Assembly (NCBI GenBank): GCA_004764695.1
Contig: SMSO01000035.1
Span: 620,001-684,000 of the forward strand
DNA from: Schizochytrium sp. TIO01
Taxonomy: Eukaryota; Protista; Bigyra: Labyrinthulomycetes
Length of the DNA: 64,000 bases
Reading direction: 5' to 3'
Shown: positions 20,901 to 28,419 of the stretch, one piece after another
Layout of the letters: every line of letters begins with the position of its first letter
Position numbering within the stretch: position 1 is the first letter of the stretch
Made by a program: the position numbers and the translations under genes
The notes under the pieces: generated by a model
Database searches by the model: none
Seen by the model: only the letters and a program-made list of their open reading frames with translations
Told to the model about the DNA's origin: nothing

Positions 20901-22085
20901 TGTCGCTGCGGAGAACCGGGCGGAATTCAAAAACGTCTCGTCCCTTTGGCTGTTATGTTCCTGCTAATATACACGATTGGCTTCCCTCTTTTCGTGTACC
21001 TCTCTATTCGGCGACATCGGTCTGTAGTCGAGGAAGACCAGTACTTGCGAGCACATGGTGTTGGCGATACACGTGAGTCAGGACCACGTACTTACGACTT
21101 TCGTAAGTCGTTTTCAACTTTGTACGTATCTTTTAAGCCTAGTAGGCAGACTTGGGTTGTTTTGATTATACTTCGCAAGGCCTTAATTGCAATATGTGCT
21201 CTGCTGTTACGCACAAATGTGACAGCTGTCCTTGCGATGGTTTTACTCATTCTTTTTGGTTCATTTGTGCTGACAACTTTGTATCGGCCATATATGAGTA
21301 ATGGTGAGCGTAGCGCGGTGCTGAAAGAGTTGGATGAACTTGCTACTAAAGGGCTCGATGATCCCAAGTTTAGCAAGTATACTGTATTACAACGTCGGGT
21401 CCAAGAATCCGTGAAGATTCATCGCGCGATGGAGGAGCGCCAGCAAGCCCACCAGCATGGCGCGGCACAATTTAAGTTTGATGATTCAGACAAGACAGCA
21501 GAACGACTAGCAAGGCGCAATCAGCGCCGCCGTAGTGCAGCTGCGTTCTTCTTCGATTACAATAGTGTCGAGTTGGCGCTTCTGGGGAGTGCTATTCTAA
21601 TTTGCCTCGGAGGAATACTTTTGGAGTCAATGTACAATGATGGAAACCTCTATGGACAGCGTAATACCTTAAGCGCCTTCTTGATTGTGCTTATTGTTCT
21701 TACGATTGTTTACTATGTTGTGGCAGTTCTTTCGGAAATTTTTCCGACATCTTTATCATCTTATACCAAATTCTTGCAGCGGCGAAGGCCAGAAGATCAT
21801 CAAATTGAAGATCTTGATGAAGATTTGAACCTTAGCACAAACCCAATATTCCTTCCTGGGTTTCGCTCACGAGGAAATGATAGTGCTACTCGGCAAGAAC
21901 TCGAAGAGAATCAGGCTGAGTTGCGTAGGATTGCCGAGCAAAATGAGAGTCTTCGTCAAGAATTGAGACGGCAAAAGCAAGAAGATCAAATGAATGATGA
22001 TGGAACTGACACGCAAATGCCTACACAGGATGTGCCAGCCAAGTCACGACGCAAACAATTTTCGTTTCGTACAACACGCCAGTAG
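8997..22085 (+). CDS. Giant cell-surface cadherin with C-type lectin, Cys-rich repeats, ~10 cadherin repeats, many IPT/TIG repeats and a nine-TM C-terminal domain (nonagonal-cadherin type)
   Basis: ATG at 8997 starts a signal peptide (MALAFQRVALAVALVLNFCFV). CTLD motifs WIGL, EPN, EDC, WND. CPxGxY repeats. Ten DxN[DE]xP-type linkers plus LDYE/LNYE motifs. Repeated GxNFG...C..PPG IPT/TIG units. Nine hydrophobic helices at ~20365-21740, then a C-terminal coiled coil. Confidence 0.93.
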   Translation: MALAFQRVALAVALVLNFCFVNLPFGIAQSVTPSYCSQSNYASFQGRCYRYSTNAATWNNANNICINEGGTLVSMHTLEENQHVGLTLGCRYNRYGNSGRASGVCWIGLYQLQGESSGWQWINGDPVSYTKWAPNEPNNVDNSNDGGEDCAQIWDRQYDQGNWNDEPCEWSYPFVCVQMALCPAGYYQSRAYERWTDDSLLPECSMCPGGTYRAAIGALALSECLSCPAGKIGNAGRSSVCTEDCPQGYYCPAGTDADAAVNSDRGPQACPAGTYGPYTGLKTVDQCKECDPGYFCGGQANTVSNPSSGQCDAGRCGFMAQKNSQCTQICPPGYRCPAGSACPGATKWDSSTVTNYALDCGGESVFCPAGSITSTPVDPGFYSIGSPEERSTGQVECEPGYYCTSGRRILCPGGTYRSSAGAMSEAECSICQSGYTCPSSRVNTSPQSVNCYDDVFNTSLASYKPSELYCPAGSAYPLVVEDGMYTTPETDQALYNRKAQISCDIDEVCAEGLREALLQWSSVTTCATLNQASVAVPEMSASGTILGTFPAAVPASVASEYDVSYLLGTVAYFDSSVTSCEPTTRAKNKDIFQVGGDSGSLSLTRDDLQFETCLPTLDVRYKVPIIARVFEKSTSNLISSIQCPIIVEVQDANDQPVFIGFNAGDGSTTEETIYYRQINEGVQKNVPVAVCDSSGYAAGCPITSSGSSAAELLTEDEDDGTVLQYSIVSGDDGAASDAERPFKIDPCSGLVSARISDNIRFNNKSLYRYVIAVTDDGNGGRFTPKTAEAILYIYVIDVNDNPVFTYNVETHPFYIIENQPENSLITGTSLSELATDEDGDSLNFQIVTNDGDAFKIVNNQLLTTRVGAETINYESSKKRYFLDIEVQDNRGGFAQGTIQVLVQNANDPPSLASSANAFYVFENSLGVPICTDPEASCTLVNNPGTITATDEDVTSDIVFELIGSHTDKFTIDASTGVITTSAALNFEDESLGLLTGSGRGYTLSIKATSQGESGTDDDASTTASVTVYVVDENEQPTFSDPSLIIKVPETWPVGAFLPTTIQASDPDNEDTVLLGKTAPVQTLTFSNFGSNAFFTMSTDEDERGTIKVSGSLLGQGGTDIPLLVRIQDNGGPVRQESTNTFLVTILDVNEAPTFNSTQFTFNANENEDFLSSAIFATDNDIGQTLTYSVIGGNGQTFFEIVDADSGSGISNRGFKVKKKSGVLLNYELSSKEWTLNIQVADEGPSAKIGIFCNPSASASCGGGAFCDSGRCVQTCYDTVVANASVYQAEVSLSSFYRCDYSGAAPIESINGQPSSFFSETAETTVVITIVDKNDAPAFTNCSAMQFQVVSNRRSENQVVGSASNLFAFTYDEDAQNPGSTFDREWSYTVIPEDSYNYFTISNGALVYQGSASNTAATGQVFHPTLRVIDAVDSSFYSDCLLNIIVVEANTPPSMSDYTTPVFSEGTDISGEDDIEVLSSMMFLVVDPDDNENFTFTTSSNPYFNVDPGNGRITVGSAVVSYESFSSHAYELIVRVRDSKGAEDVATVTIPIGDVNEAPSFASYIPVIGVPENSTLGTIVQSSLEDAALVSDPDIYSSSTWHDLSFSLASCSLSPCPFSIDEADGSISLISALDYEGVTSLYSLSIVARDGAGLEDTGTFTIQVDNVNENPVFISDPTVSVDEGGDGSGSILFNMKTVVEDPDVGDEPENLVYTILDNNSPFSIENGVLMGTNSFKLDYEAQQQYNVNIEARDSKNLTARAEVTVLVRNINDVKISSVTVIDGYLSCSGGSQVVITGNNFGLINNTISEASLLVKYTNTRTGAVYVCDNPTRTSDDNTQVTCTSSAGVGSGFLWTVSVTVPGTDIQGDTSPAFATPSLSFAAPTVTEVVNATAFPTRGGQEFHILGTCMGFAGDFTASGGFGSTPDTFVRYCSDAGICVTLSDCVMRDTGIISCTSLPGIGGNLRWTVKVAGATSTSFSGGSYARPSILSLSRTIFPSDGDAEVIIRGDNFAGVGETPDKAYGLLVFGSVEKRYQLVSCIVSTSYEEITCAGIEPGMGTGMSIVLVFGGLQSLPDPLINLGFVLPTITTFKGEGVDGGSTVGGQQVVIEGSGFGPACGRAATNDAESVKCDILSVQYSRNSQRVSDGSIIRYSPDCVVVTDSRAVCSTTPGTGAGHLWVFNFGGHQGVSPPAGVTTSYAVPTVGGYEGVGAQDALTSGNQEVLIRGSNFGPANGAAIVAFYGPEGNPSEFGSSDGISCEIETVNEVIRCYTVEGAGNELTWTVYVDDQKSRAETTSYGDPEIGSIDVTEFDVDGGDVVMISGLNFGPQGRQEYLEDVSFGPLANIAAYNPSCTIRSHTQLRCTIPPGIGTNMYWTVTVKGQTSTVGSIPTAYTPLELLSTASADNSTQGGYLMRVYADGLPICDSQALISVLFGSHTLSYVFLYDDLVSSQPISDVVSYCASSITRGRRSLSFYVPELATSERNPGVGISVSSKRFSAAYVTELDNFEYAAPVLDSVYAEPSGSGTDTIRVVLRGKNFCRSTDCCQTLVNGNVVPEDSHSHEIITLNASVDGATVQVRCGNRYSEQRYISTSNPFTYSATTSRGTAVSETIYPTEIPEGSEFIDLFGLNYGEVAPTVSVGGRGATVVLHEKVSCTGTNAPSLGTEGECYRTRIYVPSGQGSSNGIIVMANSGAQSTPDALFEFVHYAAPLIASIDVIGVSATIPTIGGRQLRISGSNFGISGQVYLYQYRAFSNGDFNFETNPAQVGKLACSPWNHSTIMCTVPPGEGVDLEVRVEVGDQNSRGAGADPEFTMSYEPPVVTGTSFQGSSLDAARTIGGDLITIHGQNFGRPYLQGAVCPDLFQENCTNISPRISLGGLSCTLVNNTHSEIVCMVPPGQGNGLTIGVGVRGQSTSAGDIFGYLPPKITSFTPLSAPTSGRRNGNAIMMEISGDNFGVDELEVRYIAEDGSLDMLVAQSNGGINNTLYPQFEYNHTFITFEVPAYRGKDLMVVVIVAGQKAVAVDYFSYLKPVVAGVSVMNPDDISEFKDVSEGAIGAIAVDFLPDSYEPGTSLQFHRRRFLMTSESTSRLYIVGSRELAEVVLRTPATTSCDLSSKFRGYSWITQVNTVLDNGVFYQHVDVFPNEYCSGEVAVSIETRGGLSKASTLSHGEAGCTTPYMKLVESIEMTPQTLVGVGFLANMSCCGDGSFWTVGVAEECACEMLTQNRALLSTGKSYGVYLVNDLTDLYFSEPVSSPEILLNQSAFILPRYGPTYVSVDNRSLDETPTGPTSGCYEFESYEVYQERRAESILLYGTALNVYRRCVTKALMTLTGDNFSTDIENSTNSNDLQIFFVDEKTGASYRAATTTSQGDHNEICSSSDGCVHTHEQITFQIPPGAGLNLLIMIQVGNQDTFAEVPNSNATDSRVRFNYMTPSVSRASPGTLTGDSYEFADAAGDVSVDLRGTNFGGVLANTTIYVDGRICPNSRWRSPDEDLTTGLPFLSCEPEADIVGPRNLFVCVSNQATLVISSSQDTSILTEADYIRMTSSTSQLSNADQATIDNFHSVVTSRYNTRCKSVSERSGNILGQYGGLGQLCVTCPGGAVCETGDAPFVDPHAAEGYYRLDVAIYEEDGKTVRERAALRCPSERWDTIFLDTYPSATFDSTCSDYVACQPSEACLGANNCDQAYRYAYDKCNEVRSSEGYNNSCGVFQDPFTGVYKGIDMDCNPNPTSECTPDSPQNCAKCIVTYDREISITLPVGRCECTMPQRCALCTLNTHYRLNNRCQECPQNVWMIILAFSILVLLMIAAGYYFNRFNLNLALLAIGIDFAQVLSVFSAVNLEWPQAFEKFLSFFSFLSLNIDIVGIECIVPTFEYETKWWLSQSLPLVVLAILILMHLIYSVYKVCRHTKRVKLTSHVGRLVAIYLVVCYVLYIAVTRKSLEIFDCTALPEDDGYTYTSFTSLSCDGGSLCRCGEPGGIQKRLVPLAVMFLLIYTIGFPLFVYLSIRRHRSVVEEDQYLRAHGVGDTRESGPRTYDFRKSFSTLYVSFKPSRQTWVVLIILRKALIAICALLLRTNVTAVLAMVLLILFGSFVLTTLYRPYMSNGERSAVLKELDELATKGLDDPKFSKYTVLQRRVQESVKIHRAMEERQQAHQHGAAQFKFDDSDKTAERLARRNQRRRSAAAFFFDYNSVELALLGSAILICLGGILLESMYNDGNLYGQRNTLSAFLIVLIVLTIVYYVVAVLSEIFPTSLSSYTKFLQRRRPEDHQIEDLDEDLNLSTNPIFLPGFRSRGNDSATRQELEENQAELRRIAEQNESLRQELRRQKQEDQMNDDGTDTQMPTQDVPAKSRRKQFSFRTTRQ

Positions 22086-22560
22086 AACTAGAGAAAGTTG
22101 ATGTCACAATCCTTCACAATGCTACCCAAATTGTTACTATTGTTTTTTTGTTTTTAGTTGTTATTTGTTATGAAAAGAAAATACTAAAATAAATATTTTT
22201 AATATTTTACTCTATATAAATATGATTGTTTGTTTTTATTATTTTATTTATTTCGAAAATTAATTAACAATGACATTTTAAACGTTAAATATATATATAT
22301 ATATTTTTTCACCTGAAATAAGCATATTGTAGTGATAACCTCAAAGTGAGTGAAAAGTAAATGAAGTGTTTTGCATTCAATTTTGCGAAGGTGAGTTAGC
22401 ACTGTAGCCTTAAACTATAGTAGTTTGATAATAATAACACAAGTATTTAATAAAATGTTAAGGCTCTTGCTCTTGTTTCACTAAGTAACAAATTGCTTTC
22501 CACATTGGGGCAGCCCAGCGCGTGCGCACGGCAAAGCAAATAAAAGTATGGGCTGACGCA

Positions 22561-24702
22561 ATGGAGGACTTGTCCAGCATCGATGAAGCAATTGGGGTGC
22601 GTGGCTTTGGCAAAACTAACCTAGAATCTTGTTTCAACGATGTTGATAGTAGCGAAGAAGCGTTAGTGTGTGCCAAACAGGCTGCCGAAGAGGAAGGCCT
22701 TGAAGATCCTCTTTGGAACGAAGACATTGCAGCAGCAACTGAGACCTGCGCGCAAGCCTATGAACGGCTTGCGCGCATGGCCCGTCTTTTTGGATTGCTC
22801 CAGCAAGCAGAGGGTGCTTTAGAACGAATCATTGAGCTTCGTGATGAGCAATTAGCGCATGCCCAGCCATATAGACATAGCTTGAGACACAAACAACACG
22901 GAGCTATTAGGCGAGAGCTTACATTACTTCTCGCATCTGCATATCACAATCTTGGCACATGCATACGAGTACAAACGTCGCACCCAGGTCTAGTATACCG
23001 TGAAGAAGATAGAATACGTAACAAGACTGACACTTACACTGAAGACCAATTTGTAATTTATAATGAACATGATGTTCAAGATCATGTCAAGAGTCTCCTT
23101 GGTGCTCGCGTTAATCGAGCGGAGGAGATGCTCGTTCGTGCTCTATATTTTCGCCGAGAGATCCTTCAAGAAATTCTCGAATCCAAGAAGATGGCGTCAG
23201 AATACGCTTATACTCAGGACTCCGAGGTCCTCCACGCGAAACAACTCGTGGCGCAGACTTTGAGCACACTTGCAGTCTTACAAAGCTCCTATGGGCTGCC
23301 TACGGCTGGAGAGACAGACACTGAGTCGCTCTCTATATATGCATCTACACTACTCGTTGAAAGTGAGGTTGAATTCGAACCCTCTCGAGGGGACTGGACA
23401 CCACGTCGAAATCTAAAAGCGCGTCAGTCAGTTTGTCGATCCTTTCGATCAAAACAAACGCAAAATGGAGGAAAATGCAAACCTCCAAGCTTCCCTGCTT
23501 TAAATTTGCGTGATGCTCAACCAGCAAGGCAAGAAGGGTCAGATGTGAATAATCGGCGCTCAATCCGTCGTGTAGCAGATTCTATGAGCTGTATGTTTAA
23601 ACGCTCCTCTTCAAGCAACCAGCGACCGCGCAATGCGGAGAAGACATCAAATCCACCGCAGAAGAAACTCGCAGCGAGCACGGTTGAACCTTTGGAGGAA
23701 CGTCAGGCCCTTAACCCCCGCCACCTTGAACACAGCGGTGAGCAAATTTTCATGGTTGGGAAACGAGATGACCATGCTATATTAGGCAAAAGTAAAGCTT
23801 CAGCTGCAAATATTGATATGTGGAGACTTGTACTTGTTGATCGAAGATACTATAGCTGGTATTCGGACCATACATCCCGTGAACAAGCACGCCTCGCTTC
23901 AACGGGGGTATCTAGCGAGTTGCTTTTAGATGCAAACAAAGTTGGCAATCTTTCTTTGGGCGATGCTAATAGTCGCCGGAGTTTCACCAGAGCAGGCCCG
24001 CCCTCTCATCCTTTAACAGACCATCTTATAATAGCTGGCAAATCCCCGTTTGTGGACTCCTTTCATGCAAAACTTACATTCGATTATGATGTGCATCGCT
24101 GGCGTTTGTTTGATATGTCACCTCGAAAGTCAGGGATACTCGTAAATGGAGTTCGAATAAAAGACACGTTTCTGTGTGAGGGAGATCTTGTTAGTATTGG
24201 TGGCCTTGACACCTCGTTGAAGCCAGGCGAGTCGTTACGTTCTGCATTTTCAAGGTACGAACCTCATTACCCTACACCTTTGTTATATCGTTGTGAACGT
24301 GTTTGGGAAACCAACTCTGGAGAGAAGCACCATTGTCAGAGCTCTGAAGTTGACTTGTCAAAGCATCAAAAACTCAGCGAAAACATCAATTATGAAGATC
24401 TCTGGCCTGCAGATGTTTTTCTAAAAGATTGTGATGAACCTGCCTATGCCTATTTTCATATTCTTGTAATATGTGAGTATCTGCGCCAGAGCTGTAAGGC
24501 GATAATTTCCTCCCTCCCAGAGTCAATGCTCGGCATTGGGGTCTCTCCTAAAGAGTCTAGATCCATGTTTCACGAAGTTTTACATCAGGGTATACCTATA
24601 TACTATTGGAATGTTTGGATTGAGGCGAAAATCAAGCATGAGCTAACTGATGATTTTATGCACTACCATAGGCGTCGCGAATTTAATTATTTCGGTGCTT
24701 AG
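22561..24702 (+). CDS. Hypothetical protein with TPR-like helices and a degenerate FHA-like domain
   Basis: First ATG at 22561. TPR-like segments LASAYHNLGTC, AEEMLVRALYFR, VAQTLSTLAVL. FHA-like segment VDSFHAKL..WRLFD..SGILVNGVRI..LCEGDLVSIGG. Confidence 0.8.
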   Translation: MEDLSSIDEAIGVRGFGKTNLESCFNDVDSSEEALVCAKQAAEEEGLEDPLWNEDIAAATETCAQAYERLARMARLFGLLQQAEGALERIIELRDEQLAHAQPYRHSLRHKQHGAIRRELTLLLASAYHNLGTCIRVQTSHPGLVYREEDRIRNKTDTYTEDQFVIYNEHDVQDHVKSLLGARVNRAEEMLVRALYFRREILQEILESKKMASEYAYTQDSEVLHAKQLVAQTLSTLAVLQSSYGLPTAGETDTESLSIYASTLLVESEVEFEPSRGDWTPRRNLKARQSVCRSFRSKQTQNGGKCKPPSFPALNLRDAQPARQEGSDVNNRRSIRRVADSMSCMFKRSSSSNQRPRNAEKTSNPPQKKLAASTVEPLEERQALNPRHLEHSGEQIFMVGKRDDHAILGKSKASAANIDMWRLVLVDRRYYSWYSDHTSREQARLASTGVSSELLLDANKVGNLSLGDANSRRSFTRAGPPSHPLTDHLIIAGKSPFVDSFHAKLTFDYDVHRWRLFDMSPRKSGILVNGVRIKDTFLCEGDLVSIGGLDTSLKPGESLRSAFSRYEPHYPTPLLYRCERVWETNSGEKHHCQSSEVDLSKHQKLSENINYEDLWPADVFLKDCDEPAYAYFHILVICEYLRQSCKAIISSLPESMLGIGVSPKESRSMFHEVLHQGIPIYYWNVWIEAKIKHELTDDFMHYHRRREFNYFGA

Positions 24703-25104
24703 ATGATCGTGAAATCAGAAGAAGTGTGTACCGTTCAATAAAGGCCGTTCACTTCAATGTCTTGTGACTGAAACAATGTTTCATAATTTTACTTGAGGTT
24801 CAGATACAGATTTGTGTGGGAAACAGTCTAATGAGTTGGTATTTGACTTTTCGGATATGTGCAGATTATCTAGATAATCGTTCATTCACTTTGTATTAAT
24901 CCCAAGTCTTCACCCAAGCAAGATGATTGCGTTTGGTAATGTAAAAACGAAGTGCTAAATTTGTTTTTTCAAAGTTACCAATATATAATTCTGTCGCATA
25001 GTAGTTATCGGAATTGCCTAAATGGTGAAGACCACGAGAGATTTCGCGTATGAATTGAACATCTGAGTAATAATGCTTATACTTAACCTTAGATGTATAA
25101 TATC

Positions 25105-28050
25105 TTAAGACATTCGCGAAGAAACAAAAGAGTCCAGAGACATCTCTACAGCAGGGGAGGAAGACCCCGCTTCTCCTGACAATGATGACGTTTTTGATTT
25201 CTTCCCCTTGACCTTCTTTTTGCTCCTACGTTTTGTTACTAGTGCTTTATTAGATTTACTCTTCGATCCCTTTTGCAAAGGCACTGGAGCTTGTGCCACT
25301 GTAACCTGCCGACTTGCTGCTTCCAGGAGAAGTTCAGGTGTTGGTGGCAAGGAGGATAGGTCAAATCGAGGAGCAACAGGGTTAGACTCAACATAATCTG
25401 ATACCTCTGACAGAAAGGTGGTTCGTACATCATTAGATAGGTCTCCTCGTAAAAAGAGAAGCCGAGCAATAGCTTGCTTGGCGAACGGCCCAAAATGTTG
25501 AGCCACATCAGCAAAATGTTTGGGGGGGTAGTCCTCCTCTTCAGCCTCCATCAAACGAGCGCAGTGCCAAATGACATCTATTTTGGTCTCCAGAGACTCC
25601 TGCGTACGAATTTTTCCATAGCGAAGAACATCTAAGTACTGACCAAAAAAGTTTTGAAGAATTTGTGCATCCGCTCTCATACGTTCGATTGCATATTTTT
25701 TATTGCTGAAGGATGTGCGCAGCGACATAAGACGCATAATGTAGCTATCCACAGTTTTCGCCAAGCAGGTGGCAACAATGCGCCCAAACAAAAGCTCGGA
25801 CCCTAGCCAAATACGAAATCCCTCAGAGGAGTCTTCAAAATAGTCTAAAAATGTAGCCACGAAGCGATCCATAGTACGAGCTTCGTTAGTTTCCCAGCGA
25901 GAAGTGAATAGGGACTGTACTATCTCGCTACTTTCAAGTTCAGCAAATATAAGCTCTACACTGCGTACAGCTACTGCATCAATAGCACGGATAAATCCAC
26001 CGGCGACCTTGTCAAGTTCAGATTGAATTTCTGAGAGAAGTGCATCTGCACCCCGATCTGACATATCCATCCCTTGCTTCACTTCAAGAATGAGCACTTT
26101 GTCACATAAATCATACATCCGTTCAAAGTCATTCATCATAGCACAGCAGTGCTCAACGCTTGTGTCTTGGGATGACAATCGGTTGGTCTGCTCTCCTTGG
26201 TATGTACGAAGTATCTCTAACACAGTCCTCTGCACAAATGAAGCTAGATGAGGACCTGTGACACCATGCAGACGGAGCACGTTTAACTCTTGAGCAAGAA
26301 TATTAAATAGGTCTTCTGGGGTTGCAGTTTGTAGAGCTCCACCACGACCAATACGAGGATCACGGTTTTGTTTAGTAATTGCATGCATCATTTGTTCCAT
26401 ACGGGGAAAAGCATCAGCAATATAGGTCGACATCATTCCTTCGGCTTCGCGACGCAACTCTTTAGCTCGTGCCATAGCTGCTGCACGGTGATCATCATGC
26501 AGGTTAGAACTCGCGTCCCCAATGGTAATTGTGCGATGCGATTGGCTATGGGTAAAGCTACCTGTGGTAGTGGAAGTTGTTGCACCTGAAAATCCCGCAA
26601 AACCTCGGGGAGGAACTGAAGAGGCAGCATCCATGTCTGGATCCAGGTGAGACAAATCTAACGTTTCCACCACACTGAGATAGTGGTCGATAAAACCAAC
26701 CAATTGCAGCTTTTCACCAGGACTGACACGAGTCGAGGAAAAAACCGGATGAAGCAAACGCAACATTCGTCGCTCAACTACCCAACGATATAGTCCTACA
26801 ATGCTGTATGAGTCCGGGAAGCACTTCGCAATATCCTCCGCGACAGAATTTAAGTCCAGGATTAAATCCCTTCCGGCCCGTAAAAATTCTGGAATCTTAG
26901 ATGGAATGCCCTTTGGCTTTGACGAATGTTCAACATTCCCGCCCTCTTCATCTGTGTCTTCGTCGTCATCTTCTTCGTCGTCATCTTCATCATCCTCGTC
27001 ATCCTCGTCATCGACCTCCTCATCTTCATCGTCAGAGTCTACTGTAGTATTCCCCTTCGTATCTAACTTTGGGTTAGGATCTGATGACACTGACTCGGGA
27101 AGCAAATGATCAGGAAGTGCTTTAGAGAGGCGTTGTTCAATCGCTGATTCAAGTACACCTAGAGCTTGTTTTCGCCTTTGACCAGGAGGAATCAGCATCT
27201 CTAGCTTTTCCATTGCTTCACCTCGTGCACTTCGACGAGCTCTTTCACGATCATTGTACAGGTCAATTCGTTCAACAATTTCAACAGCAGCAATTAGTGA
27301 AGGAGCTTCACCAAATTGGGCAAGGTTAAAAAAGTTTGCGAGCCGGGTTGCAACCAAGTCCCAAATTTTTTGCCCGAGCTCTTCAACACGCCTGAAGTGG
27401 TCCCCAAGAACCTGAAGCACTTGAGCGTATGCATGAGAGCTTTGGCTATAGTTGCTGTGCATATTGATTGTATCCAGCTCTTCCCAGTTCGCAACACGAG
27501 CGTTGAGATCTTGCTCTTTCCGGCTAGCCTCGGTTACCTGATCAGAAACATCAGTGAGAATACGCTCACGCCAGGCATTTAGCTGAAGCCACTCCATAAA
27601 TACAGCCTTCAGGCTCCGAGGCTCGGCTTCAAGCTTTTCCCGGAGTTCATTCACCCGTCGAGGAACAGCATCATAAATCTCAAGCTGTTGCAAAATCTCA
27701 CGTACATTAGTCCTAGCATTCCGAATACGTGAGATATGTTCGAAGTCGTGAACAGCTTTTGTGACAGCTTGTGTGCGTCGATTGATCTTATTGAAATTAC
27801 TCCGTACGTTTGTCATCTCTTCTCGAGCCATGTTAAGCAACATTACAGTATTCTGCATTTCATCAAGTTGGGCTTGTACACCAGCTTCGAGCTGGGTTTC
27901 TACGGCGACAATACGTCTTTCATAGTCTTCACGCACGCTAGCTAGATTCTCGAGCTGTCCTGGGCTATCAAAGTATGATTGAACCTCAGCCAAGGCCAGC
28001 TCTTCAGCTAGCTCTCGAAGTGAGCGACGATTCGGGAGTGTGTCAGGCAT
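25105..28050 (-). CDS. SEC6: Exocyst complex component Sec6/EXOC3
   Basis: 981 aa. The N-terminus (VQSYFDSPGQLENLASVREDYERRIVAVETQLEAGVQAQLD), IAKCFPDSYSI, TATPEDLFNIL and CCAMMNDF are typical of Sec6. Confidence 0.88.
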   Translation of the reverse strand: MPDTLPNRRSLRELAEELALAEVQSYFDSPGQLENLASVREDYERRIVAVETQLEAGVQAQLDEMQNTVMLLNMAREEMTNVRSNFNKINRRTQAVTKAVHDFEHISRIRNARTNVREILQQLEIYDAVPRRVNELREKLEAEPRSLKAVFMEWLQLNAWRERILTDVSDQVTEASRKEQDLNARVANWEELDTINMHSNYSQSSHAYAQVLQVLGDHFRRVEELGQKIWDLVATRLANFFNLAQFGEAPSLIAAVEIVERIDLYNDRERARRSARGEAMEKLEMLIPPGQRRKQALGVLESAIEQRLSKALPDHLLPESVSSDPNPKLDTKGNTTVDSDDEDEEVDDEDDEDDEDDDEEDDDEDTDEEGGNVEHSSKPKGIPSKIPEFLRAGRDLILDLNSVAEDIAKCFPDSYSIVGLYRWVVERRMLRLLHPVFSSTRVSPGEKLQLVGFIDHYLSVVETLDLSHLDPDMDAASSVPPRGFAGFSGATTSTTTGSFTHSQSHRTITIGDASSNLHDDHRAAAMARAKELRREAEGMMSTYIADAFPRMEQMMHAITKQNRDPRIGRGGALQTATPEDLFNILAQELNVLRLHGVTGPHLASFVQRTVLEILRTYQGEQTNRLSSQDTSVEHCCAMMNDFERMYDLCDKVLILEVKQGMDMSDRGADALLSEIQSELDKVAGGFIRAIDAVAVRSVELIFAELESSEIVQSLFTSRWETNEARTMDRFVATFLDYFEDSSEGFRIWLGSELLFGRIVATCLAKTVDSYIMRLMSLRTSFSNKKYAIERMRADAQILQNFFGQYLDVLRYGKIRTQESLETKIDVIWHCARLMEAEEEDYPPKHFADVAQHFGPFAKQAIARLLFLRGDLSNDVRTTFLSEVSDYVESNPVAPRFDLSSLPPTPELLLEAASRQVTVAQAPVPLQKGSKSKSNKALVTKRRSKKKVKGKKSKTSSLSGEAGSSSPAVEMSLDSFVSSRMS

Positions 28051-28230
28051 GTTTTAAAGCAGGTTTTGTTTTAACTCAGAGTTCGAATTATCTCTCTTCG
28101 ATTTTCCTTTTCTCTTTTGTTTGCGATTGCTTTTGTGCTTGAGTTTGGTTTGAGTGTGAGTTAGTTCGGATTGACCTGTAGAGTGCCTATCCTCTCTATT
28201 AATGATTTTGATATCCCCCGTTGGCCTTAT

Positions 28231-28419
28231 TTAACTCTCGTCTAATTTAGAGTAATAGAAATCGGCGAATACGTCGTCCGCCGCAGAGCCGTCAGAGTCA
28301 AGCTCAGACCACTTTGAGTGACTTTTCTCGCGTCGAGGAGCGCAGACTAATAAAAGGTTTGCCCCGAATCCGATTGCAGTGAATACGATAATAAGGGTTG
28401 CTGCAAGCACTTCTGGCAT
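28231..28419 (-). CDS. Small single-pass membrane protein or upstream ORF of SEC6
   Basis: 62 aa with ATG start, N-terminal hydrophobic helix (VLAATLIIVFTAIGFGANLLLVC), basic stop-transfer (PRREK) and acidic tail. Confidence 0.45.
   Translation of the reverse strand: MPEVLAATLIIVFTAIGFGANLLLVCAPRREKSHSKWSELDSDGSAADDVFADFYYSKLDES

Noticed and set aside
26801-27109. Poly-Ser ORF on the + strand, and other short ORFs nested in or antisense to the large genes
   Set aside because: Shadow frames of real genes (here the antisense of the Sec6 acidic tract); no independent coding evidence
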